From the NCBI RefSeq assembly GCF_006345805.1, contig NC_043001.1:34844001-34908000 (forward strand): 64,000 nucleotides of DNA, read 5' to 3'. The DNA comes from Octopus sinensis (Eukaryota). Shown piece after piece: positions 11,941 through 25,649 of the stretch (positions are counted from its first letter, which is position 1; the number at the start of each line of letters is the position of its first letter). The notes under the pieces were generated by a model. The model saw only the letters and a program-made list of their open reading frames with translations, was not told where the DNA came from and did no database searches. The translations under genes were made by a program, and so were the position numbers.

Positions 11941-12556
11941 AAGTATACGTATATATTTATATATGTATATATATATGTTCGCGTGTGTGTTTGTGCGCCT
12001 GTGTGTGTAAGCATATATGCATGTATACACGCACACACACACACACACGAACACACACACACACACACACGTAGACACACATACAAGTATACAAGTGTTT
12101 GTGCATGGACGTTTGGTAGATATAACAGATACATTGATAACTTTAGAAGTTGGAATTGAGCCTATTTCAATAATGTAAAATAACTAATCATCTCAGAAAA
12201 TTTCTGTTCGTATACACATATATAGGCAGCTACATAACTGAGGATATTTACATGTATATATGCACGTACGTCTGGAAGCATTTAAACATAATTTAATATG
12301 GAAAGATATTAAAGTGCATTTTAAAATTAGTTTACATTAATATTAACTTACATTTTATGTGAAAGAAGTTTTATAAATTGCTTCTCTGACCTTATGCTTC
12401 TTTTTATGATTAATTTCTGATACAATTATGAAGGAGTTTCGGTGGTGCGAAATAGACAAGTAAAGGTCTGAATACCTTGCAGTCCTGCGCTTCATACTTC
12501 TATGTCCGATCCTGATATCTCTCTCTCTCTCTCTCAATCTCTCTCTCTCTCTCTCA

Positions 12557-12598
<42 letters not shown>

Positions 12599-12926
12599 CC
12601 CTCTGTCTCGCTCGCCACTCCCTTTTTCTTTATTTATCTCTCTATTAACGAGCGAATCTATTTATCTATATATTAAACTTACATTTTCTGCATACATATG
12701 TATGTATGTATGTATATATATATATATATAAAATTTTTCTTTAAGTAGTAGAAATGGCTAAAAAAATTTTTTTTGGCTGCTATTTCTACTAAGTTCAGTA
12801 TGTGGCAAACTAATTTATTTTACTAAGCCCTAATTATATAATGTAATATTTTGAATTCGCCTTAAATGGTCCTTTTACATACTGAACACTTGGTGAAATT
12901 GATTAATTAATTTTACCCTCAATTGT

Positions 12927-12969
<43 letters not shown>

Positions 12970-13011
12970 ATTTGCATATTTACTCATACATATGATATGA
13001 CACACACACAC

Positions 13012-13069
<58 letters not shown>

Positions 13070-13399
13070 TATATATATATCAAATGAGGGAATATTATTC
13101 CAAACTTACAGGGAAAAATTCAATTTAGAAATACTAAATCAAATTTCACAAAATATAATATACTATATGATAATATACTATATGATAATATACTATATAT
13201 ATATATATATGTAAATTAGAAAATAACCACCTTTTATCATTTTAATAATGAACAAAGATGAATTCCAAAATAGCGGTTCTATTTTACTTGTAAGTTCCAT
13301 AACCGACGATAATGAGAGTAAATTCTCAGAAACGTTAGTTATAAATATATATATATATATATATCTTGAATGAAAGAAAATGGAGTATAATGGAAATAT

Positions 13400-15390
13400 A
13401 AATAATTCATTTGTAAGATACAAAGATGTTGAAATTTTTTATAAAAACAATACAAATATATTATGAATTGTAAAGCTCTAACAGAAATGGCAGATGCCAA
13501 AAACCAACACATATGTTCCGATTCATGCCCCTTGCTGATACGTAATTCTAAGTATTTGCTAAGAATTGGTATCATTTTCAACTGTATGGGGTAGAAACTC
13601 GTCAGGGTTTATGAGCTTATAGAACTAAGGTTAACATATTTCTTGAAAGGATGCAGGCAATTTACCAATAAGTTTAAGAAGTTAGATCCTATATATAATG
13701 CTTATGCATTTAGCTACAAAAAATCCTTCAAATAGAAAGCTAGAATTATACAAGAAAAGATTCTAGCAGTTCTTTAACCAATTTAGATTTGATATTTCAA
13801 ATGGAACAGAGAATAGCTCAGTTAATTACACGTGAATTTAAACCTGAATATCGGCAAATATTTGCAATACCATACGCTTAACTCCACAATACCCTATATT
13901 AATACAAAAAGTAATCAACCAAAGTCTATTTTAATTTATTTAGTCAACAACATCGAAAAAAGAATAAATTACCTCTCATCTAACGAAGATATCTTTAACG
14001 ATAAGAAGTAATTATATAATACTGCACTGGAAAAAGCAGGGTACAAACAAAAAATTAAACATATCAAGAATGGTTCACATATGATTAATAACAAGCAAAA
14101 GCTTCTACAAGATGGAAAATATAACCTAGATACAAAAAGACTTAAGACTAAAGCTATGATTAACAAAATAAATACCGATAAAACAACTAATAGATTCTAT
14201 AATAACTGTATACTGAACAAAAATAACCAGCATGGAAATAGGGTAGTAGAAACGATAAAGAGAGACCTGAAGACTAGCACTTATCTCGATGTTGATGATA
14301 ACAATATAAACATTCATATATTACTCCCTAAACATATCAAACCAAAAGCGAGTTATGACCAAAATCAGAAAATATAAATAATAAATTAGCCTCTGAAAAG
14401 GTCATTACGAACATGAGACCATACAATAATAATAGCAACATTAGCATTATTTACAATATAAAAAGAAATTTAAAATATATATCTAATATAAAATCCACTA
14501 TAACAAACTTAATCCCAATTCTGGTAAAAATACAATAAAGGAGAATATCATTTGGTTAAGCAAGTAAAATCAAACTTAATTAAAGTCATAAGTTAGATCA
14601 TAAGCAAACACTTCTCTCGTCATAAAATCAAATGTAGTGTCATAATTCAGAGTAGTCATTTTAGTATTGGTCATTCTGTTTCCCGTAATTATTTCTATGA
14701 ATTATGCTAAATTAGATAATTTTTCCGTTAAACGTAAACATAATATTCTCAATAAACAAATACATAATATAACAGTTATACCAAAGTCAGGATATTCTAA
14801 TATGAACAATCAAAAGGAGTCTACTGCACATAACCCATCTTCTAATTCTAGTATTCATCTTAGTAAGTTCTGTGATTGTAGGGTAAAGAGCACTGTGAAT
14901 TTAATAATTATTGCAAACGGAAGAATAAAGTATACATATTTCTTTACTACCCACAAGGGGCTAAACACAGAGGGGACAAACAAGGACAGACATAGGTATT
15001 AAGTCGATTACATAGACCCCAGTGCGTAACTGGTAAGTATACCAAGCTATACTTGAAGCTGAAGATAAACTCTTTCTCTACGTTGGTTCTACGGAATCAT
15101 ATATGAAACTTAGATTGGTCAACCATGAGTATTCTTTTAGAAACCACACCAAAAGTTCTTCGACTAGTCTTAGTAACTTCATCTAGAAACTAAAAGACAG
15201 TAATATCAGATAGAAGATTAGCTGGAAGATTATATGTTCTTCGAAAGCTTACCATCCACCACATAGAATTTGTCAACTCTGCACATCGGAGTGCTATAAT
15301 ATTCTTTATTCTAGCAACAAATTATTTTACGAGAGAGTTGAAAAATTCCCGCTTTGCCTACAAACTCTTAAATATCTATTCTATAAATAA
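13400..15390 (+). mobile_element. Decayed Penelope-like element (RT thumb + GIY-YIG endonuclease)
   Basis: 13889-14044 translates IPYINTKSNQPKSIL..IEKRINYLSSNEDIFN..YNTALEKAGY; about 14545-14630 gives NIIW..ISKHF; about 14870 gives CDCR; 15073-15390 gives FLYVGSTE..KLRLVNH..SF..TSLS..ISWKI..ICQLC..E. These match my recollection of Penelope motifs. Stops are present and the 5' boundary is approximate. Confidence 0.75.
14916..15035 (-). mobile_element. SINE family B linker fragment nested in the Penelope-like element
   Basis: TTTCTTTACTACCCACAAGGGGCTAAACACAGAGGGGACAAACAAGGACAGAC..GACCCCAGTGCGTAACTGGTA is nearly identical to the B linker. Confidence 0.85.
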
Positions 15391-16006
15391 CATCAATCAT
15401 CCTTTAATTACCAATATCATTAATAATTAGGTGCTTTATTTACCATTAATATTTTTACTAAATTTGAATTAATTAGATTCTTATATTAGCCTTCATATCT
15501 ATAATTTTATACAATATAAAATATATAATATCTTGCCTAAATATACTTATTTCTATCATATACATATATATAAACAGTTATATTCTAAGAATCATTCAAT
15601 CTTATTTCTTTCGTAATATACGTAAATAATATTTCCCTACCTATAAAATTCTTGCATATCTGTTATTTCTTTCTTACTTTTCCAGACTAAATTAAATTAT
15701 ATTATAATTCATATTTGTTTAGTTATCTTTAGATATCAATATTCGGTTTAACTACTACATAGTTTTAATATACCTTAGCAAAAATCGATCATAATTCATA
15801 ATGATAAATATTCCGTTTTTCTCATTATTACGCAATACGCTATTCCTACTTAAAATAAAGTAATCTCTAATTTACATATTTATTTAGCTAATATTTAATA
15901 ATTACAAGCATATGCTACATTATAATAAATACCGAAACACATGCTCCCATATATTCTATTATATTTTATTATATTATATTTTTTTCTCTTCACCCCCTCA
16001 TCCAAA

Positions 16007-16525
16007 TCTTCTTCTTCTTCTTCTTCTTCTTCTTCTTCTTCTTCTTCTTCTTCTTCTTCCAGTGTCAGGACTCACACCATTAGCCACGAAGAATAATCTC
16101 TAATTCGAGCCTACTCTAAGCTACTAAGAATGCGTGTGGCAACTTGAATATCCACCCACCACACGCGATAGACTGGTGGTTGCACGTTGTTATCCTCATT
16201 CCGTAAACGGTGGCTTTTAACGGTTGGAGAGCTGAACCATCCTGGGGTACTGAGGATTCGCAATCTAGACTAAGGTCTGAAAGTTTACCACACCATCGTG
16301 GGTTACACCATGGTGCCTCTACTTTGTGGAAGAAGTAGGAAGAAAGAGTGAGAAAAAGTTGTGATGAAAGAGTACAGCGGGGTTCACCACTATCCTATGC
16401 CGGAGCCTCATGGAGCTTAGGTGTTTGTGTTCAATAAACACTCACAATGTCCGGTCTGGAAATCGAAACTGCGTTCGTACGACCGCGAGTCCACTGCCCT
16501 AACCACTGGGCCATTGCGCCTCCAC
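16007..16525 (-). mobile_element. SINE family C head (16335-16525) joined to a different 3' segment ending in a (GAA)n tail
   Basis: 16335-16525 is the reverse complement of 40949-41140 (GGAGGCGCAATGGCCCAGTGGTTAGGGCAG..); (CTT)n lies at 16007-16059. Confidence 0.7.
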
Positions 16526-17392
16526 TGCAGTTGTTGCTGCAGTCATCCTCGTCGTTGTTGTTCTGATCAAACGGACATACGATTAAAGTTTTCCAGCTGT
16601 AACAAACCGATATTTTAAGGGGTTTCAATCTCTACATTATTTAATGTGAACTTCCCTTTGCCGAAATCAATGCCCTTTAATTTTAAGGAATTTGGCTACA
16701 CATACAAATACTTTCGTATAATTTTGAACGCACGCAATAAAGAATTTCTGTTACGTTAACACATATGCGCCTTCATAAATTTTGATAGTTGGCAAATGTC
16801 AAACGTTCTCTAGTGTAACATCTTGAAAGTCTGACCTGTTTATTCTTCCACTTGAAACTAATCCAGCTTAATCCAAAGGACACGGTATTAAACCATCGCT
16901 TTTGATAGCAATACTCTTGTCTCTAGTATAAAATGATAATTAAGTTAATAGCTTCGCAGATAAATGTCAAATGAATATTTTTTTCTATATTAATGTATTA
17001 TTAAGACTAATGAAGTGAAAGCTGATTGCTAATCTTATAAATATATCTAGTCATATATCAGATACGTATTTATAAATGGAAATTCGTGGATTAATAAAGA
17101 GCATTTCAAACTTGTTAAAGCTGTCTACCAGTTATCTTCGTTTACCTACAAATGCACCAGCTTAACGGTTCATACTTCGGTACAAGTCGACGAGCATATT
17201 TATGAAGTATGTCTAAGAAATTTACATTCGCGTTATTGAAAACATATGTTTAGGGTTATCACTACTTAAGATGGATAGCTAGATACATACATACCTACAT
17301 ACATATACACACATATACACAACACACACACATATATTTACCTACAATTTAGGCATATATGCGTGTATACACACACACACACGCACATGTCC

Positions 17393-17425
<33 letters not shown>

Positions 17426-18571
17426 ATATATATTTATATACATAGCTGCTTGTGTGAAAAAGTACCTATGGAGAATTTACACTCAAAGAGAAAATTCATA
17501 ACCTCCTTAATATAAAATTAATTGGAATAATTTTTAGGCTATTAATGTTTTACATTACCGTGCATCTACCATCGTTTGTATGTGGTCTAATATCTGTTGC
17601 GCTGTCAAAGCTGGAGACACGAGTTTGTCCGAGACAAGGGCTTATAATTGTCCTATACCATTATATTTAGACCACAGTTCTTAATTTAAAACGCTCCTTG
17701 CTTTTTTGGATAATTCCTGTTTTAAATATAGACAGTTATAGGACAGAGCTTTAACTGTGGAGTAAGGAACAGCAAAATTATCTGAAACATTATATTAAAT
17801 GTGGTGTAATTATTATCAGTTAAGATATATGTAAGTGGCGCTATTAGGAAGGCACCCTGTATTGTGGTCGGGAGGTCGGTCATCTGAAATGCAATAAATA
17901 TAAGCTTCGAACACTTTTGCTGCAATAGATGAATACAAATCAATGTTATATACACACATGTTGATGCACGCGTGCACACATACACACATACACACACACA
18001 AGCAGAAATAGATTTTATAAACCTGTCAAGGAGATGGTTGAATTTGGAATAGTTGCTTGTTTAGCTCATTTGACTTCTATATTACTACATAAAACAAAAT
18101 AGAGGTGTTACATCCAATCGCCCAACATATAAAATCTTGATCACAAGACCATGCTCCCCATCAGTGGATCCCTCAATGACTGGACATCATACACTTTAAT
18201 TTGGCTGAGGAGAAATTGCAATACACTATATACATAACACTTTTCTTACATCTCTTGTTTGTGGTGTGACCGTTTCTTTTCCATATCTGCAAATCAGTAA
18301 CAGTGAGGCTAGCGATATGAACGGTATTTACCCAAGATAATCACTCTTGAATATTGAAGCATTTCTCCTCTTCAAATGTATTGATCACTAACACATCATT
18401 GAACCGGTTATTTGGATCAACAGCCTGCGGACATCCACGGCGTAACGAGTAATAAGAGATCTTCGTAGCGAGCCATAAACAGGACTAGCATCCAATATCC
18501 CTGAGATATTTCACTTGATGCTTATATCTGCGTATTCATTGTTAATATCTGTTAGATTATGAAGACAGTGG

Positions 18572-18732
18572 ACCGAGAAGCTCGTTAGCATGCCGGGCAA
18601 AATGCATTAGCGCCATTTCATCCTTCTACATGTTCTGAGTTCAAATTCCGTCGAGAGCGACTTTGCTTTTCATCCTTTCGGGGTTGAGAAATTAAGTACC
18701 ATTTGAACAGCGGGGTTGATGTAATCGATTTA
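18572..18732 (+). mobile_element. SINE family B, diverged single module
   Basis: CTCGTTAGCATGCCGGGCAAAATGC..GAGTTCAAATTCCG..CTTTTCATCCTTTCGGGGTTGAGAAATTAAGTACC. Confidence 0.8.
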
Positions 18733-19504
18733 AATTAGAAGCGTAACACAATCTCTTAAGCTGACAGAAACATTATGTTCATGAGAGCTTCGATGTTAAA
18801 GGCTCCTAGAGACTAAATATGCCGAATTGTGCAGTTTATCTCTCGAACCTAATGGAGCAGAAACACAGTCTGATCATTGGATGAGCATCTTCTTTAAACA
18901 ATTGAAGTGATTGTTTAGAAAGAAGTTTCTTCTGTGACATCCAAGGAAATCTCCTTTTCTACCGCACATTCTTTGAAATTGTATTACCGAGTTATCGAAA
19001 TTTGGGTAGGGAGTCCAGCTGTGATCAGCAGCTGTCCAAAATTATCATCCTCAACACGACATCGCTAAAGCTATGCAAAATGCATCCTAAAACACGACAA
19101 CACTCGGATAAATATAGAGAAACACTCCGTTATTAAAATCATATATATATGTACATACGTGTGCACGTGCATGTGCGTATGTGATGTGTATGTGTGTACA
19201 CGTGCCTGTGCATGCATATATGTATGCAAATGCATATGTGTCTATATGTATCTTGTCTATCCATCTCTCTCTCGCTCTCGCGCTTTCCCTCCCTCTATAT
19301 ATGAAAGTTTCGGAGAAACGGTTTAATGTGTGTGATGGTGCGCGTGCGCAAATGCGTGTGCGTGTGCGTTTGTATGTCTGTGTATGAAAAGGTTTATAGT
19401 CGCATAGATGACTGGAATATTCTCATATACACAGCCGCATTTCACACAAATCTCATATACAGAGCCGCATTTCACAGAATTCTAAAATCCTGATGTTTAA
19501 GTTT

Positions 19505-19620
19505 TCCTTTGTTGAATGAGATTCTGCAAGAAGATCTTCGAAGATGGCAAACGCTAGTTCTTGAATGAGTTAACATAGCCCTCATTGTAAAATTAACGCA
19601 GGACATAAATCGCCAGATCA
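19505..19620 (-). mobile_element. SINE/repeat family D, 3' fragment
   Basis: Reverse complement of 25980-26070 (CTCATTCAAGAACTAGCGTTTGCCATCTTCGAAGA..CTTGCAGAATCTCATTCAACAAA). Confidence 0.75.
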
Positions 19621-20029
19621 GAAAAAAAAAATAACACTCCTTATAATATCAGTCGGTTGAGGTCCATCCAGTTTCGAAATATAAAATTAATAAGAGGATT
19701 AAAAAAGAGAAATTACTTCTTAAAGATTTAGTATTGGAAATCCATTTGAAATTATCTATATATTGTAAAAGGGCTAAAATTCAATTGAATTACAACAGAG
19801 CGCAGGAAGACTTAATATATATATTTTACCAGAATCTGTTCATATATTTTAAAAAATATATATCTAAATTCAATTAAATATTTTAATTAAATTAGAGAAT
19901 CAATAAATTTTGTAAGCAACTTTTTTTAATTGTTAATCTATTTCAATAAATAGAATATTTGTAATTTCTCATAATTTATTTTTTCTCTCTTTGGTGCTGG
20001 TTATATATTTTTAGTTGCTGAATAGTTAT

Positions 20030-20183
20030 ATATAACTATTTATAAAGAATGATATATATGTTTATATATATGTTTATATATATATATATATATTATATAT
20101 ATATATATAATATATATATATGTTATATGTATATCTATCTCTTTATTAAAGTATTGAACTAAACAGATTATGTTTATATGTAT

Positions 20184-20231
<48 letters not shown>

Positions 20232-20306
20232 ATATATATATATGTTATATGTATATCTATCTCTTATTAAAGTATTGAACTAAACAGATATATGTTTATA
20301 TGTATG

Positions 20307-20366
<60 letters not shown>

Positions 20367-20367
20367 G

Positions 20368-20412
<45 letters not shown>

Positions 20413-20480
20413 ATTATATATATATATAAAATATTATATATATATATATATATATATAAAATATTATATATATATATATA
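20030..20480. repeat. (TA)n microsatellite with an approximately 128-bp tandemly duplicated spacer
   Basis: GTTATATGTATATCTATCTCTT(T)ATTAAAGTATTGAACTAAACAGAT occurs twice (about 20121 and 20244). Confidence 0.8.
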
Positions 20481-21219
20481 TGAATGTATGTATGTATGTG
20501 TGTGTATTTGCTTCTATGCTTGAATATGTGTCTTTGTAGTTTAGTATTTTTACTATAGATGGTTTTTACTATAGATAATATTATGTGCACATGTGACAAT
20601 GCCCGTGTATGTGAACTGTGTGATCCAGCTAAGTGCACAATAAATAAAGACAAAAAGAAAGAAAGAAACAAGCAAACAATACTGCGTTAAGCATTCACTT
20701 CAAAATTAATTAATTCAATAATTGTTGAGGAAAATTCGAATATTATACACTAGAGTATAGGGTTGGATATATTATATTTTTGTAACTTATGAAAAGCAGC
20801 TCCTATGTTCACAATAGTGCATTCAACGACCTCCAATCTCCCGTCACGTATAAATACACACACAAAACATTTCTGCATTTACAGGAGTTACATAAAAGTT
20901 CATATACATATCGCTACAGATACACGTACGCATATAACTGTATCGCCTTTATACATAAATATACACACAAACACACACACACTCACACATATATGTACTT
21001 ATATGTGTGTGTGTATGTGTCTGTGTCTCTCTGTGTATATATATATATTCACATACACATAAATACGCACATATATATATATTTTATATGTATGTGTGCC
21101 TGTTTGTGTTCATGTGTGTGTGTATGTGTGTGTGTGTATTATTTTTCGACCAAATAACGACACACTTGTTTTCCTCGTACACTATTCCTTCCACTATTTC
21201 CTTCTCTCTGATGTTTCTC

Positions 21220-21255
21220 TTTTTCTGACGAAGAGCCGTGCTCGAAATGCCATTT
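21220..21255 (+). ncRNA. Degenerate hammerhead-like motif
   Basis: CTGACGA-a-GAGC-cgt-GCTC-GAAAT-GCC; core box 1 and a 4-bp stem II are intact, while stem III and the triplet are degenerate. Confidence 0.4.
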
Positions 21256-21556
21256 CAATTTTTTGACTCAAAGCTTTCACTGTGTGTCAACGTAATATAC
21301 GTACTGTGCACGTCCCATTGCTTGTAGTTGATTTTTCTGCAAAATCTGCATAAGATTTTTCTGCACACTTTAGTCGCTCATATGACCGGTTCACGTGTAC
21401 GACTCAAACGTGAAGTTATGTAACTTAACGACCGATTTGGTATATATCCATATATACGAACACGCAAAAACACACACACTCATAAAAAAAACTAGTTTAC
21501 ATATCCGTGAGCATCCTTTATATTTCTGTCTGTGTGTCTGCTTCTCTCTCTCTGTA

Positions 21557-21614
<58 letters not shown>

Positions 21615-21682
21615 CGTGCGTGTGTGTGTGTGTGTGTGCGTGTGTGTGTAGAGAGAGAGATCCCTCGTATGATTGGCTGGTC

Positions 21683-21860
21683 AAGGCTGTGAGCTAACTG
21701 AATCGTTAGCACGGCATGCAAAATATTTTGCGGCATTTCGTCCGTCTTCATGTTCTGAATTAAAATTATGCGTTTCATCCACTTGTGCATTGAGGTGGAC
21801 GTAATCGACATAGACCACCCCAGAAATGTCTGACCATGTGCCAAAATTTGAAACTACTAT
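21683..21860 (+). mobile_element. SINE family B, degraded and internally deleted
   Basis: GAATCGTTAGCACGGC..CGGCATTTCGTCCGTC..GTAATCGAC..CCAAAATTTGAAAC. Confidence 0.7.
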
Positions 21861-21937
21861 GAAGAATTGGAACCTTTATAACTCCACTGCAGAGTCTGCG
21901 ACTAGTAAAGAAAAGTATCATAGAACATTTATCCATT

Positions 21938-22183
21938 GGGCGCAGGAGTGGCTGTGTGGTAAGTAGCTTGCTTACGAAGCATATGGTTCCGGGCTCATTC
22001 CCACTGCGTGGTACCTTGGGCAAGTGTCTCCTACTATAGCTTCGGGCCGACCAAAGCCTTGTGAGTGGATTTGGTAGACGGAAACTGAACGAAGCCACTC
22101 GTATATATATATATATGTATATATATATGTATATATATATATGTATATATATATATAATATATATATATATATGTGTGTGTGT

Positions 22184-22231
<48 letters not shown>

Positions 22232-22492
22232 GTGTGTGTGTGCGTGTGTGTGTATGTGTGTGTGTGTATATGCGTGTACATGTTTGTGTGCCTGTGTTTG
22301 TCCACCAACATTGCTTGACAACCGATGCTGGTGTGTTTACGTCCCCGTAACTTAGCGCTTCGGGAAAAGACATGGATGGAATAAGTACTAGGCTTCCAAA
22401 GAATAAGTCCTGGGGTCGATTTGCTCGACTAAAGGCGGTGCTCCAGCATGGCCACAGTCAAATGACTGAAACAAGTAAAAAGGAGTAAAAAA
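21938..22492 (+). mobile_element. SINE family A, full length with an expanded internal (TA)n(TG)n
   Basis: GGGCGCAGGAGTGGCTGTGTGGTAAGTAGC head, CCTTGGGCAAGTG core, and tail GGCGGTGCTCCAGCATGGCCACAGTCAAATGACTGAAACAAGTAAAA. Confidence 0.92.
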
Positions 22493-23448
22493 GTATTGAT
22501 TACATGAGCCTAATATTTCAATAGGCAACGGAACGCAACCTAGGCTCTTCGTCGGCATTATGATCAAAAATGTAGAACAATGATGTAGGTCCTTCTACGC
22601 ATCAGTATACAAATAAGTACAATTGGGTTGACATAGAAATCTTAAATATGGGGAGAAGGAATTGAGAGCATGAAAAAGTGTCAATGAGGACTACGTTGCA
22701 GTGGAGAAAGCAAGTCCGTCAAAGCCTCGTTTTGCATTTTTGCCACACTAATCCTCACGAAGTATGACGACTACATTGTGCCACATAATGGCACACCTCA
22801 AAATGGAACACGTTAACATTTTATCAAGTACAAAAACCATATACGTTTTCTGTGTTCCTCCTCTCTCTCACTATCTCTCTAACTAAGTGTGTATGTATGT
22901 ATGCACCTCTGTGTGCATCTACGTGACTGTTGGATATCGCTTGCTTGCGTCTCTGTGTAGTGCGTATGTATTTTCGGGCACACAAATATCTGTTTCGTTC
23001 AATACTTTAATAAAGAGATAGATATACAAAAGTACATTACCTGAGTCTTTATATATAATATATTCAAGCATTGAAGATAGTGCACTCCCATCATCTAAGG
23101 CATAATCTCTGAAGTTTCTGAATATATCCGTTACTTGCATGAAAATACATAGTTCTACACACTCGCGCAAGGACTCACACACACACACGCACATGCATTT
23201 CACATATACTGTTAAGAGTTTGCAAGTATATCAAAATATATTCAGATGATTTGAAGCTTTGCCGAATAGAGAGCTCAATATATTGGGTAGAGTTGACTGA
23301 AATATATATTCTATCAACCACCAATAGTCGACTGTGTACTCTTTGTTTTGCCCTTGGCTGGACTGCTAACGAGAACTAACTCAGCATAACCCGTTACGGA
23401 CTGATTATAAATAAATACATATATATACATACATACATAAATACATAG

Positions 23449-23608
23449 ATCGACCACAGTACGCAACTGGTACTTAATTTATCAACCCCAAAAGGGATGA
23501 AAGGCAAAGTCGACCTCGGCGGAATTTGAACTCAAAACGTAAAGACAGACGAAATACTGTTAAGCATTTCGCCCGGAGTGGTAACGTTTCTGCCAGTTCG
23601 CAGCCTTA
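23449..23608 (-). mobile_element. SINE family B, single module
   Basis: CAGTACGCAACTGGTACTTAATTTATCAACCCCAAAAGGGATGAAAGGCAAAGTCGACCTCGGCGGAATTTGAACTC. Confidence 0.85.
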
Positions 23609-23691
23609 TACAAAAAATATTAAATATTAAATGTATTTAATGTTTTTTTTGCATATCGACTTGTCTAACTTGCTTATCCTTATATTTACTC

Positions 23692-23754
<63 letters not shown>

Positions 23755-23968
23755 TATAAATATAGGAATAAAAGTTTATATATAAAGAGACGAACAGGGA
23801 AAACAGACAGGTCATTCGAAGCCTTTAATCTTCAGTCAGAAACCGGATCATAGCAAATTTCGGCTGATTAATTCTGATATTTGCTCCAACACGGCCAGCC
23901 CCAAGGAAAAACTAAGCTGTGAGCATTAGATCTCTTGGTAAAGAAACGAATGTAAACGCAACAGAGAC

Positions 23969-24021
<53 letters not shown>

Positions 24022-25099
24022 ATATACACCCACACCCACATGCATAAACATATTTATAATCACATACATATATACACGAATTATTTACTCGAATATGTGT
24101 TCATGCGTGCGTATGTGCTAGCCTGTGGCATGAAAAAATGTAGACCCAGTACAATCATATTCACATACAATATATTATTGATAGCAAGATATGTTATTAT
24201 GAATAATTTTTCATTTAATAAAATCAAACACTTCACTCCACACATTTCCCATCACATCCAGATACTTTGTTTAATGTTCATAGAAATTCTGAAATCACCC
24301 TCGTTCCCTCGTTATTTTCAACATATCCGAGAAAACAAACTAATAACAAGAATATTGTTTACCTGCGAAAACCATAGTATCAGAAGTCTTTGAGCAAAAC
24401 GAAAGAAACAAAGAGGCTTCTTAACTTTCATTGAAATACAAGCTTTTACGCATTCGCATTAACTGTGTAAGGAATATTTTTGCATTCCTTGTATTATTTC
24501 CCCCCAAAGCTGAATGAAAAAAAAAGTAAACACTATAAGAGCTGTATTTTTTTATGTTTATTTTTGTCGTTAATTGATGATTTTCAACAGTATTTACACT
24601 GAACTAGAATTATATTGATTTTCTTTACCGAGATAAAATCTGATACTGATGCAGTGTAAAGTCTCTAATCACTGTCGCTATGCCTTTAGGATGCAATCAT
24701 CGGATTTCGCTCGACCATGCGCAATGAATGAAATAAAAATAAAATATAATAAATAAAAAATGACGGTGAAAACATATATGCTTGTTGCAGTAAATACGAG
24801 AATCAGTATCTGTCGATTAGATTTCAAGAGGAATTAATGTCTTTCAAACATTAAGTTACAGTACTGTACGGAGCTCCGAGAAAATAAGCCAGCCTGGGCG
24901 ATGTCATATTTTCTACGCTTGTTTTCTGAAAATTCCATGCTGAATTTCTGCTAGACTAAATTTATGATGTCAAAAGCTTGTTGATAATTAACAAGGGTTG
25001 GTCAGTAACATCTTCAGCATACATCAGTATTGAAATGAGGACACGAACAAGGAACCTCAAGCGACTGACGTAGTAAGGAGTGTTTTTGGTTTTGTTTTT

Positions 25100-25235
25100 T
25101 GCCGATCTTGTGTTTTAGGTCCTGCGTTATTTTTACAATGAAGGCTATGTTAACTCATTCAAGAACTAGTGTTTACCATTTTTGAAGAACTTCTTGCAGA
25201 ATATCTCATTCAACAAAGGAAATTTCAAACCTGCA
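25100..25235 (+). mobile_element. SINE/repeat family D, 3' fragment
   Basis: Homologous to 25980-26070. Confidence 0.7.
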
Positions 25236-25294
25236 GATGCATTAGTAGCCCCAACATAAAAGCAAGACGAGAGCCACTGTCCAAATACAACAGC

Positions 25295-25369
25295 TGCATC
25301 ATCATCATCATCATCATCATCACCATGACCACCACGACCACCACAACCACGACGACGACGACCACCACC

Positions 25370-25403
<34 letters not shown>

Positions 25404-25440
25404 TCATCGTCATCATCATCAACAACAACATCAACATTAA
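25295..25440. repeat. (CAT)n/(CAC)n/(GAC)n/(CAA)n compound trinucleotide repeat
   Basis: Direct tandem runs; the source of the poly-I/T and poly-M/V ORFs. Confidence 0.9.
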
Positions 25441-25649
25441 TGCCTTTAAGAGTTTCAAATACATCATAGACTGCAGAAATACTTCATAACGCTGTGAATT
25501 ATGAATGCCAAATTATATCTACAATAACAATAACATTAACAACAGTTTAAGTTGAACCCACAACAGATTCGAGGAAAGAAATCTGTTACTATTCCCACAA
25601 CGAAAATCGCTAGAAATGTTTTAATATCTTAACATCATTCAAATACCGC

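Noticed and set aside
20030-20480. Tandem duplications within (TA)n as a biological feature
   Set aside because: They may be slippage or short-read assembly artefacts and cannot be judged without raw reads.
22535-22556. CCGACGAAGAGCCTAG (minus), resembling the hammerhead families
   Set aside because: The GAAA box and stem III are missing.
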